Positions 39,012 to 52,700 of a stretch of DNA of 64,000 nt are shown here, piece by piece. This DNA is from Octopus vulgaris (taxonomy: Eukaryota), in assembly GCA_951406725.2 (NCBI GenBank), contig OX597816.1, positions 66,154,001-66,218,000 of the forward strand, given 5' to 3'. Under the pieces are notes generated by a model. It had not been told where the DNA came from. It ran no database searches and was given only the letters and a program-made list of their open reading frames with translations. The position numbers were made by a program, and so were the translations under genes. Numbering within the stretch: position 1 is the stretch's first letter; every line of letters starts with the position of its first letter.

Positions 39012-42000
39012 TACACACACACACACAGGCATTTTTTTTTTGTAGTTTTCATCTACCAAATCAGCTCACACGGTTTTGGTTAGCCTAGAGGTGACAGCAG
39101 AAGACACTCACCCAAGATGCTGCATAGTAGGACTGAACCAAGAACCATATGGTGGGGAAGCAAGCTTTTCAACCACAGTCACACACAAAATTATTTAATA
39201 AAAATACATATGAACTTCCTAACCTCTTTCAGGAGTGTGTAGTTACCCAGTGCAGATTTGTCTGCAGGCTTTGGTACTACTTCAATGCTGCACCAGACAC
39301 GAGGTCCAAACAAAACTGATGAATGACACAATTTCCAATAGCTTAGGTATTTACCTGGAACAAAGAAAAAACAAAGAAAAGTTATAGAAACCTAACAACC
39401 TTACTTCTTAAAAGTGGTTTCTTTTTACAGAACCATTTCAAATGAAAGTGAAAACAAATCCACTTCCAGGTCAAAAGTTCAAACTGCAATTCATTACTTC
39501 TAAATTATAAGCATACTAGCACTATGACCCGGCATTCAATTGGCATATCAAGTTTTGAGCATTTTGATTGGGTTTTGGATAGAAAATTCACAAAAAAGTC
39601 ACTTCTATTGATTTTTTAATGGCTTTGCGGGGTGACTGGGGAAATGTAAAGATGTGCACGACCACCCTTGGACAGTTTTGAATGACCATAGAAAGTGCGA
39701 GCCCTCTAACTGAAAAATTGTGGATTTGTATAAAGGACACACACACACACACACACACAGACATTTTGCCGTTTATATAAATAGAGATAAATAACACTTA
39801 TAAACACAATGCAAAACACACTACACACACACACTCATAATTCATGTATATGTTTCAGTTTAAATGCTGTGACTATGCACACATTTCTTTTAACACACTA
39901 TTGCCTACATCAAAGACTATATCCAGATTCTACCTATCCTGCAAAAACAGACAGGAGATATGAACCAAAACTTAACAACAAAAAAGCTATCAAGAATATA
40001 TTACAAAATTCTGAAAATTAAAAAAAAACATCTATAATAAAATAAAGTGTGTACTGACCGGGTTGTTCTGGGGCACTTAAACATACAGTAACATCACCTT
40101 TTTCGCCTGGTTGCAAGAAAGGGACAGTTACCTCAGTGGCAAGAGGGCAGATATTACCAGACTTTAATCGCATCTAATTAAATGCAAAAGAGAAAAAACA
40201 TACTTATAATACTTGATATAAAAAAAAAGCACTTATTTTACTAGACCAAAAACAATGAAAATTCCCAATTTATAAAAACATGTAATGCAGTCATATTAAG
40301 GTGCTGTACACAAACTACATATTCACAAGTTCAAATCTTGCAGCTATCATTGAATTATGTTTATAAACAAGACTACTCACTGCTTACTCTTGGTAAGACA
40401 CCATAGACTCTACAGTCTACTTCATAGCACAGTGGTTATCAATACATTCATCCAGCTATAAAAACAGTTGCTCAAAACAAATAAACCAACCTAGTCATGT
40501 AAGCATGGAAATATGAATGTAAAACAGCTAACAAAAAATATATCTATTCAACATATTCATCTATTCTTTGTATTAAATATATTTACTCAAGTATAGTGCA
40601 ATCTTGAACATAATGTTTTAGTCTGTTATAAGTTCCATGTTGTGTAAATAACTGAGATTACAACACTCACTTCTGAATGGGATGCCGGTCTGCCACAAGG
40701 TTAACTTCCCACCTGTTTCTGGAATTCATATACAGCTAAGTGAACTGGAACATGAAGTGTTTTGCTCAAGAGCACAATATACACTCTCTGATTGGGGAAT
40801 CAAAGCGATGATCTTACAATCATAAGTGCAACACCCTAACTACTAAGCCATATGTCTTCCATATTTATAGAGTGTTACACTAAAAATAATTTTAAATATG
40901 TTATTTTAAGTCTCTTACACTGTTTAATTATAGCTTCTCAAACCATTTTTTTTGCAATACACATCTTTTTCACTTTTAGCAATATAACTGGCTACCATGC
41001 CGGTGGCACGTAAAAAGCACCATTCGAGCGTGATCGTTACCAGCATCGCCTTACTGGCACTTGCGCTAGTGGCACGTGAAAAAAACATTCAAGAAAGGTC
41101 GTTGCCAGTGCCGCTGGATTGGCTCCTGTGCAGGTGGCACATAAAAAACACCATTTGAGCGTAGCCACTGCCAGTACCGATAGACTGGCCCTCATACCAA
41201 GTGGCACGCAAAAGCACCCACTACACTCTCGGAGTGGTTGGCATTAGGAAGGGCATCCAGCTGTAGAAACTCTGCCAGAAAAGGATTGGAGCCTGGTGCA
41301 GCCATCTGGTTCACCAGTCCTCAGTCAAATTGTCCAACCCATGCTAGCATGGAAAGCAGACATTAAACGATGATGATGATGATGATGATTTTGGAGGCTG
41401 GGAATATGGCTTTTGAGAATATTTTTTCATATTTTAATTGTACTGACAGTTGCCAAAGCTACCTCAAATACTAGGTAAAAAATTTCATTGTAGTTTTCAG
41501 AACCTTGGCAATTAATAAAATAACAGCATTAGAGAAGCATTTAATCAGCTCTGTTGCCAATTGCACATAACAAGCCAACAAATATGTGGTAATGCCTTCT
41601 ACTCTACATAACCTAAAGAATGTTAATGACCAATTAAAAACAATATTAGTGGAAATATAAGTAAACTACTATGTAATAAAATTCCTCAGAAAAACCTGCA
41701 ATCAATAATCATTAATAAAAAAATCTGCCAAAGAGACTTCTAAATATATCTCATATTACCCAGAAAAAAAGAACCCAACTTTTTTAAAACTATTCTGAGA
41801 AGGATAAGAAAAACGAAATAGTCAGCCAACTGTGATGTGTAAAATCTTTCAATTTCAAGAAAGTGTTTTATCAGTAATATATGAATAAAAGAACACTAAC
41901 AACTGTTTTTTCAGTCCAAGCAAATTTTCCAGTGTTCTTCATCCTCCAGGTTTTATACAGCCTAGCAAGAGGCTGGACTTTTGTTCCATCAGGAATAGTA

Positions 42001-44694
42001 ACATCACACACAAAGGCAGCACTATCAAAAAGAGAAGAAAAGAAAAATGAAAGTAAAAATTGACAATATATTTGAGCAGTCTTTCTTCAAAATATTCTGC
42101 AGCTAATATACCTAACAAAAATTACTTTTCCATTAAGTTACTTCACAAACCAAACATGAAGTCTGAGAAAAAGAAAATGTAAATGATTTCTTGTATAATT
42201 TGTTAAAAAAATAAAACCTAAGCTTATAACTTCAAAGAAACAAAGCAACACAAGCACCTCTACAGTTGCTCAACCTACCACAAATAGCAGCCAAATCTGG
42301 CTTCAATGCTTAAGTATGCAACTGTGTAGAATACTTACCCTAATGAATTCCTTAATTCCATTCTTTCCTTTTTCATGGGACAACTCTGTCTATAAGCTCG
42401 CTTCAATTTCTCATCATACTTCATCTGCAATTCCATTAGCTTTTCTTCTTTCTTCTTCTTGTTAAGCATCTTGGCCATTTTGACTTGACATCTGGTCAAA
42501 CACAAATAATACAACTCATAGTACTTTAGATAAGCAGCATCCTTCCATAGATACTACTGGCCACTAATAACAACAATATATAACTTTCAGGGAGTTTCAA
42601 ATAGCCAGCCAAGTAAATTAGTGGCTGGCCTTTTAGCATGAGTCCAGTGAGTCTGGGATTAATCTCTGTTGATAGATATTACTCAAACAAAAAGTAGATT
42701 TCTATTGCACAACCTGCTTGCTAAGCAGAGCTAGTTAACATGAAGGTTTTTTAAAGGTTGATTTTTCTCAAGTAAAAATATCTTCCATACAGCAAAATTG
42801 AAACAACATGCCTTCACCCTCACATTGCATTTCACATAACTAAACACTGGAGTCTTGAACAAGACAGAATTATAAAATATTTAAGGATGACCTGAAGTAT
42901 TTAAGTATGGGCCTGTATGTTGTCCTTGAACAGCATTTTGAGATAATTCAAAACAACTGAAGTCAAGGTAAGCATTTCAGAAATTTAAAAAAAAAAACCA
43001 ACATACAAATAACAAAAAAATGTACATTAGGTGCAGGTGTGGCAAGAAGTTTACTCCCCCACAGTTCAATGACTAAAACAAGTACAAAATAAATGATAAA
43101 AAAATATCTATTGATTTACAATAGCTAAAACTTAGTTCTGATTTCATGGTGTTAAACAGGATGACAACATACTTCAGGTAACATTCCCAGACAATCAAGT
43201 ACTTATTTCCAACAGATGAGTGTTACATTTAAAATAAAACTACTTAAAAGCAAAACAGCTTCAGTAAATTTGACAATAACTCATTCTACTGATAGGTAGA
43301 TAAGTTGGCCATTTGGCCATTTTTTTCTCAATATTAATCCTTAACTAAAGAGAGAAAAGTATGCAGCTGAAAGTATGTGGCTGAACATGTGGCTCAAGAG
43401 AAAAAGAAAATCACTTGAAATAATTCATTGAGTAATATTGCAGTGTGGAAGGTGTTTATAAGCCACTTAAGAAACACACTAGATCTGTCAGATTCACTTC
43501 AACATTTAAATTTAATTTGTGAAAATATTTTAGTCGCTTTAAGACCATGACCTGTTCACTGACAAAATTTTGTGCTGCACGAAATTTGTCAGTAAACAGG
43601 TCGCGGTCTCAAAGCGATGAAAATTAAATTTAAATGTTGAAGTGAATCTAATGGATTTTGTGTGTTTCTTAAATGGCTTATAAACACCTTCCACGCAGCA
43701 ACTGTTTTCGTTCCAGCACACAATCTCAAATCAGGACAGTTGCTATGCAAGTACATCTCCGTAATTGAGTAATATGTTCTGAATAAATAAGTAACTAAAT
43801 AAAATTGGTAACAATGTATTTGATAATAAACTTGATACTTTACTTTGACAACTTGGCATGCTGTCGCATATCATCTGGAATGATTTCATACTCTCCACTG
43901 GCTGGCTCGCAAAAATTAATAGCAGCAGAATAATTGTGGCCCTCAGGTTTATAAATTATGCTACGTAACAACGGTTGCAATTCTGTATCAATTTGACAAG
44001 GACGCCGCAACTTTAAGAATACATGAGTAGAGTCATGAACACTCGTCAGATTTTCACACTGTTCACACAAATCATAATCTGGACAATTGCTGCAACAGAA
44101 AACAAAATAATCAAATTTCGTGTGTGCATGAATGTGAGTGTGTAAGAAGGAAGGAATCTAAACATTTTTACTTATTATATAAAAAGCAGACGTGCTGTAC
44201 TAAAGTTTATGTCAATGTACATACAGCAGATAATCTCGGTAAAGCTAGTATTTGTTGATGTGTATCAAGCAACATACACCTACATATAAATCTCTTATAT
44301 TGTGTACACACGTTTTTACAATTTTGTATATGTATACTAGCACTATGACCTGGCAGCGCTGGCTCATAGTGTTAGTGCATGCATATACAGCTGCGTGCGT
44401 GTGCACATACACGCGAGTACTGTCCAAATCTCCAACCAATCTCATACCGCTAGCTGGCATTCAATTGGCGTATCAAGTTTCGGGCATTTTGATTGGGTTT
44501 TGGATAGAAAATTCACAAAAAAGTCACTTCTATTGATTTTTTTAATGGCTTTGTGGGGTGACTGGGGAAATGTAAAGATATGCACAACTACCCTTGGATG
44601 GTTTTGAATGACCATAGAAAGTGCGAGCCCTCTAACTGAAAAATTGTGGATTTGTATAAAGGATACACACACACACAGAGGCAGACATTTCACC

Positions 44695-44785
<91 letters not shown>

Positions 44786-47700
44786 AAAAACTAATCACTG
44801 TTGGATATAAGTTTTGTCAATGATGTATAAATTGTTCTTTGCATCATAAATGGCCATTTATAAATTCCTTTAAGAGTCATAGAGGAGATAATGTGGGAAA
44901 ATTTAGGTTTTGTAACCAAGGAACATATAAGCCAAATGTGACTCCATAATTCATATCTCAGATTATCTATAAGACAGTAATGTTAAATAAGAACTAATAC
45001 AGGGTAGAAGTGACACTATAGTTATCTTCACATAGCACAACCACACTTGTACTAGTAGCACCTAGTACACTTAACTGGTTGGTGATAGAAAGAGCATCCA
45101 GTTGTACAAAATACACAAAAATAAAACAGGCAAGAAAGAGATAACCAGATGCTACCCATCTAGGAGGGTATTAACTCTAGAAAAGAACTGACGCAAGGAA
45201 GTGAAGACTCTTTAGTTTTTCCATATAGGAATCTCTTCCAAGTACTAGCATCACAATAAAACACATCCAGTCAACAATGGAAGATATACACAACAAAGTT
45301 GGTGTTACTGTGAATGTGCAGACCGTAAAAATCCATCTGATATATGATAGCATGGAAAAAAACAAATGTAAAACAACAATAATAATCATCATCATCGTTT
45401 AACGCCCGCTTTCCATGCTAGCATGGGTTGGACAATTTGACTGAAGGCTGGCGAACCAGATGGCTGCACCAGGCTCCAATCTTGATCTGGCAGAGTTTCT
45501 ACAGCTGGATGCCCTTCCTAACACCAACCCCTCCGAAAGTGTAGTGGATACTTTTACGTGCCACCAGCACGGGGGCCAGTCAGGCGGTACTGGCAATGAC
45601 CTCGCTCGAATCTTTTTACACATTCCACCTGCACAGGTGCCAGTAAGGCGACGCTGGTAACGATCACGCTTAAATGGTGCCCTTTTACGTGCCACCGGCA
45701 CGAAAGCCAGTTAGCCGCTCTGGCAATGATCACACTCAGATGGTGCTCTTAGCACCCTACTAGCACAGGGCACAAGTGCCAGTAAGGCGCTAGTAGTAAT
45801 AATAATAACAACAACAACAATAATAATAATAATACAACAGCAGAAACCAGGATCAACATCCACAAACGCTATATTTCTTATAAGAGAACTTCCAACATAT
45901 TAGAGTGAATAAAAAATCTATGCTAGAAAAAACAGGAAATAATTGTATAAGCACAAGTAGGTATTGCACAAGATTTTGCTGGAGTAGTTGCTACATCACT
46001 TAAGTATTGATCAAATTGATTTCACAATAAGAATTTAAGAATCTGTCTAGAATCTTTGAAAAGCACTTTTCAAATTCAGTTTACAATAGAAATTTCTATG
46101 AACATGAGAGTTTTTACTTTAGAAACTAACTAAAATCCTAATTGCTAAAGGCAAATTTCCAGTGATACTCACCCACATTTGAAACGAACCCCAACAATGG
46201 TCCGCTGGCAATAATCACAAATGATTCCTTCATGCCAGTATAATTCTAAGAAAGGAAAAAAGAGAATATTAATTAGTATTACTTTATAATCATTATATAT
46301 TAAGCTAACAAAGATTGGTGATTGAATCAACTGCATATTAAACAGCTCATAATTCTTGCAGTTTCACATACTATACACAAAGAAAATTACAAAATTTAAA
46401 GCTTGGATGAATTCTATAAATTCTTTGTACTTAAGCAGTTAAAATACCTGGCAATTGTTGTAGAATTGCAGTCTTTTTTTTACAAATTTATTTATTATTT
46501 TTAAATAACAGAAAAGAACAATTTTTGAGGATTTAAGCATTATAGCACCAAAGCATGGACACTTGCACTGCTTTAACAAATTAGGTTTTTTATGTTTTTC
46601 TAGCTAGGTTAGCAAGTTGATTTTCTTTGAAACAAAATTACTTACGATATGGAGAATCAGCAGGTAAAGTCTGGGTGGTACTGGTAGTACTTGAAACAGA
46701 GTCTTGAGTTTTTGTCATTACATCTTGCACAATTTCTGACTTCAATTCCTGCTTCAACTTTAATGAAAGAAAGATTAATAAATAAATAAGATCATTTATA
46801 TTACAGACTGGCACTATGACCCGGCAACACTGGGTCATAGTGCTAGTGCATGCATATACAGCTGCGTGTGTGCGCACATACACGCGAGTACTGTCCAGAT
46901 CTCCGACCAATCTCATACAGCTAGCTGGCATTCAATTGGCGTATCAAGTTTCGGGCATTTTGATTGGGTTTTGGATAGAAAATTCACAAAAAAGTCACTT
47001 CTATTGATTTTTTTAATGGCTTTGCGGGGTGACTGGGGAAATGTAAAGATGTGCACAACCACCCTTGGACGGTTTTGAATGCCTATAGAAAGTGCGAGCC
47101 CTCTAACTGAAAAATTGTGGATTTGTATAAAGGACACACACACAGATAGACATTTTGCTGTTTATATAGAGAGAGATGCCAAACATTAGAAAACAACTTA
47201 AGATTGATTTCTGATTTAAATTTTTTTCATTAGTTATTGAACCAACAATAACATTCAAATTATATTAATATGGATTGTTACATCAAAAAAAAAAACATAT
47301 CAATAGAATATATTGGTGTTGCTAAGAAACTTGCTTCAGGATCATACAGTTTCAAGCTTCATCCCACTGCATGGCACCCTGAGCCAGCAGAAGCCCATCA
47401 TATGTATGTATATATAATTGTGTGTGTGTGTGTGTAGGTACATCTCTCGATGTACATATATCTCTGTGTGTTTCCATATTGACATCATTTGGGTAGTTTG
47501 TTTTTACCAAACAACTAGGCAGTTCAACATGAAAAGACAAGTACCTTATTTAAAAACAAAGGTTGCCATCAGGAAGGGCAACCTACAGTTTATCAGATCC
47601 ACCCACACCATGGAAAATGCAAGCATAAAATAATGAAATTGGCAATACATAATATATACAAATATATTGCTATTTTCAAATAATTTCAATGGTGTACAGA

Positions 47701-48961
47701 GTTAACAATATATAAAAGAATTTCTTTTTCTTTTTTTACAAATGTCAAGTTAATTCCTTAAAGAACATTTTTTATGATTTAAATAGCATAAAATTTGCTT
47801 TTAATTTAACTTTTAAAACTAAAACTGAATAGTCAATCTTTTGAAAGCTTTCTTCCATGAAAAAAAAAATCCAAAGTTAATTTGACAAGTTGGCTTTAAT
47901 AACTAATAAAAAAATTAAGAATCTCACTTGTTTCAATAGCTGAGTCAGAGAATTGAGGGGTATAGTATCAGAATCTTGACTGGAATTTGAAGACAGAGAA
48001 GTTGGTGCCTTCTCTCCAGATTCAGAGTCACACTGAGATGATGATATATTTGGTTTAGGTTCTGCTGTGTCAGTAACTGGTTGAGTTTCAACACATTCTG
48101 GTGCCACATAATCATGAAGAACCGGGCGGCTTATAGACAAATTTTTCAAAGACGGTACAGCCTAAAATTTATCAAACAGAAAGAATATATTAAAACTAAT
48201 TACAATGTATTAACTACTGCAATCAGTTTTGTTCTCTTTTTCTTGATAACTTTTCCAGTATAAAACACATGACATTCAAAATTTTACACACTGCATTCAA
48301 AATTTAAAGTTAGTGAGATTAATGTAAACGATGGTGAACAAAATATCTGTGAGTGAGGCTGGTACTGTAGTATGCTCAGAGAAATCTGGATATGCAACCT
48401 ATATTTAATGCCCAGTTAAAACAGTTTCAATTATTTTGCTAATATCCTAATGAATTACATGCCCATTATACTTCCAATTTCTTAGTATATAAAATACACC
48501 ATAAAGTTGTTAGGCACAGGCATGGCTGTGTGGTTAAGAAGTTCACTTTGCAACCATGAAGTTTCAGGTTCCATCTCACTATGTTGCACCTTGAATAAGT
48601 GTCATCCACTATAGTCCCAGGTTGACAAAAGTCTTCAGCAAATTTGGTATTTGGAAACTGTGAAGAAGTCCATTATATATAAATATATCATCATCATTTA
48701 ACGTCCGCTTTCCATGCTAGCATGGGTTGAACAGTTTGACTGAGGTCTGCAGAGCCATCAGCTGCACCAGGCTCCAATCTGATCTGGCAATGTTTCTACA
48801 GCCGGATGCCCTTCCTAACGCCAACAACTCCAAGAGTGTAGTTGGTGCTTTTTATGTGCCACTGGCATGGGAGCCAGTCAGGTGGGCCTGGCACAACGAT
48901 CACGTTCATGCCACCAACATAACCTGTGCTAGCACGCAAAACGGACGTTAAACGATGATGA

Positions 48962-49008
<47 letters not shown>

Positions 49009-49392
49009 ATTTTATTTGTTAGGGAATAAAAATTCCGGCATAACAGAGGTTCAAATTATTCTCAATGAGGAATTGAAACATATACAGTCTTTATTAACCT
49101 TTTCCATTCCTTACATTTTTTGAGCTATATATCATCATTATCATTGTTTAACGTCTGCTTTCCATGCTAGCATGGGTTGGACGATTTGACTGAGGACTGG
49201 CGAACCAGAAGGCTGCACCAGGCTCCAATCTTGATCTGGCAGAGTTTCTACAGCTGGATGCCCTTCCTAACGCCAACCATTCCGAGACTGTAGTGGGTAC
49301 CTTTACATGCCACCGGCATGTGGGCCAGTCAGGCGGTACTGGCAACGGCCACAAAAAAAATCATGTTTTTTTTTCCTTTTCTTTTATATATG

Positions 49393-49435
<43 letters not shown>

Positions 49436-49692
49436 CTTCTGAAGCATACACTTCATTTTAATGGCTCCACAGAAACTATAGAATACTGAAAAAATACCCA
49501 CCAACTCTGAGAGAATTGCTTCTTATAGTACAAAATGCTGCACACTAATGAAAGTGATTACAGGACTTCTTTTGTCATTCATTAACTGATATTGTGCTCT
49601 GTACTCTTCTGGTACTTTACTCTAAAAGCTGAGTTCTAACAACAGGTTATTAGTATCACTATGTCAAAGACAAATCATAATTATAATTATAA

Positions 49693-49736
<44 letters not shown>

Positions 49737-52700
49737 CATCATCATCATCGTCGTCGTTTAACGTCCGCTTTCCGTGCTAGTACGGGTTGGACAGTTTGAC
49801 CAGGGTCTGGGAAGCTAGGAGGCTGCACCAGGCTCCAGTCTGATCTGGCAGTGTTTCTACAGCTGGATGCCCTTCCTAACGCCAACCACTCCGTGAGTGC
49901 AGTGGGTGCTTTTTACGTGCCACTGGCACAGGTGCCAGGGGAGGCTGGCAGCGGCCCCAATCGGTTGGTGCTTTTTTATATATATATATATATATAATTA
50001 TTAAAATGTTAAACAATGCTATCAACTGATTAAAAAGAAATATAGATTTTACTAACTTTGGATCTTATAACTGCACCAGTTTCTTCATCTCTTGTTAAGA
50101 CAGTGTTATTCTCACAGTTCATATCTACAATTGCAGGCTGGTTTGTTCTGAAAAATAAGTATATCATTTGTTATCATTTCAATCATTTACCAGCATATAA
50201 ATAAACCAAACTATAACTTTACTGAACAATTTTCAAAAAATAATAATAGCTTTTGATCGTTGGATCTATCTTGTTAGGGTTGTGGTAGAATACACTATTT
50301 GGTAGTAAATATATTATTGATTTTACAGAATTTTCAAATCTTACACACAAATAAGAATATTTTCTTTGTTTTTTTTTCACTCTGACTTCTACTTTGCAGT
50401 TAAATTGTTGGTGTTTTATTTATACTTTAGAGATCCTACTGAATAATATTTCAAAAAGACCTGTTCATCAGAAAACAAAAATTAAATTAATTTTTTCCCC
50501 CTTTATCATGTATATTTGCTTTTGATACAGTTAATAGATAATGCTACAGCAATGAGGCAGGACGATCTTCACAAACTATCAAGTAGCTCACTTCTCTGAT
50601 ATTGATTTTATAATATCATCAGTTTATCAGTTTAACATAAATTTTCCTATGTTGATATTGTCTAGATTTGTATTTTCTTTGGCAAGTTTGCCCAATTCCT
50701 TCTCAAGTGTCAGGTTTTGATAGAATGGGTTGAGTATATTTCATGAAACTCTACATTAGCAAAGCTGCCTTCTCGAGCATTAGAGACTTTCGCATTGTAG
50801 TACTTTGCCTGATTTATTTAACAATAAATGCTTTACTAGCTGGCTGAAGGAGTAAAAGACACTTATTGACAATTAAGAAGGGAGAACACCATAACAAAAA
50901 TAAAGGTGTGAAGGAAAAGTATAATCGCAGATGGAAAAGTAAATAGAGAAGGGAACATGAGAATGGACATTACTGAAAATACCTCTTTCAGCAGGGTCAA
51001 TTACTAGTCAATCTTAAAAACAACTGAAATTATCATACTTGATGACATAAAAGAATATACTAGGTACATAAGTATACTAGACACACCCCAATTTCAGCAG
51101 TACATATTTTTAAAAAAATGGTTTTAAGTGCATTAAAGCTTGTAATGTGTGCTCAATCTTACATATAGGACCCAAGGTAATTTTTCTGAGACATTTAAAA
51201 AACATCTTTTATGCCATCAAATACAAAACTCTTTTACTTGTTTCAGTCATTTGACTGTGGCCATGCTGGAACATCGCCTTTAGTCGAGCAAGTCGACCCC
51301 AGGACTTATTCTATCGGTCTCTTTTTGCCGAACCACTAAGTTACGGGGACATAAACACACCAGCATTGGTTGTCAAGCGATGTTGGGGGGACAAACACAG
51401 ACACACAAATATATAAACACACATACATACATACATACATATATACGATGGGCTTCTTTCAGTTTCTGTCTACCAAATCCACTCACAAGGCTTTGGTCGG
51501 CCCGAGGCTATAGTAGAAGACACTTACTCAAGGTGCCACGCAGTGAGACTGAACGCGGAACCAATGATTGGTAAGCAAGCTACTTACCACACAGCCTATT
51601 CAAATTCAATATCTCTGCCCTGATCAGTAATCATCACTCTGAAAATGTAATCCCTTCTATTTTAAAATGTTAACCTCAGTCTTATGCATTTGCTATTTAA
51701 TTTTCTAAATAAATTCACTTACTGTGTAGAGGAGTCCTTGCCAGCAAAAGGATTGCTGCTAGAGTCTACAAATTCCACTCCATTGACTTCATTGGAATTA
51801 ATCAGTAATTCAAGTTCGTCATTATTTCTCTTGGCCATCTACAGAGATATAAAAAAAAACACATGTAACATGACCAAACATAACTTGCACTTAAACTACA
51901 GCCTTTATATTAGCATTTCCTATTAAATATGAAACTAGATATCAAGTACATGTAAGAAATTATAATATAAAGTACATTACAATTATAGGAAGAGAATGCT
52001 GCTAAATTCTTAGAAGGAAAGGAAGAGCCCATAACCTTTTTCAGGACCTCTGAGACTGGTGGGAAGGAAAAGGAAGTTACTCTCAACCAGTGACCTGGCC
52101 CAATCACTTGCAACAGAGCAGATGACTTTGCCAAAGGCAACCAAGGGCCACGGGGTGGAGTTAAAAGATATTTTCATTACTGCATCAGCTAAACTGGAGA
52201 TGGTAGAATTGGCTGGACATACAAAATATTTATTGTGTTCAGTCATATTCTTTCAGATAGTGTGTTCAAACTCCATCAAGGTTGTGAGTTTTCCCTTTTA
52301 ATCTTTTTGGTGTCAAAGTACCAATCAAGTGGTGGAGATCAGTTATCTTGTTCATTCAAGTTATAACCATGTGCTAATGTTAGAAATGATCATCATCATC
52401 ATCATCACATTATTATTACTATTAAGGCGGTGAGCTGGCAGAATCATTAACACACAAGGCAGAATGCTTAGCAGTGTTTTGTCCGTCCTTCCATTCTAAG
52501 TTCAAATTCCGCCAAGGTCGACTTTGCCTCCCCAAAAATTTCAGGCCTTATGCCTATTGTAGAAAGGATTATTATTATTATTATTATTAAGCAATCCTAA
52601 AAAAAAATTGGTAGAAACAATATTAAATTGATACTATTTAATTAATCAAAACAAAATCAAAATAATTAAAATTAAAATTCATATGTCAATTTACAGATGG

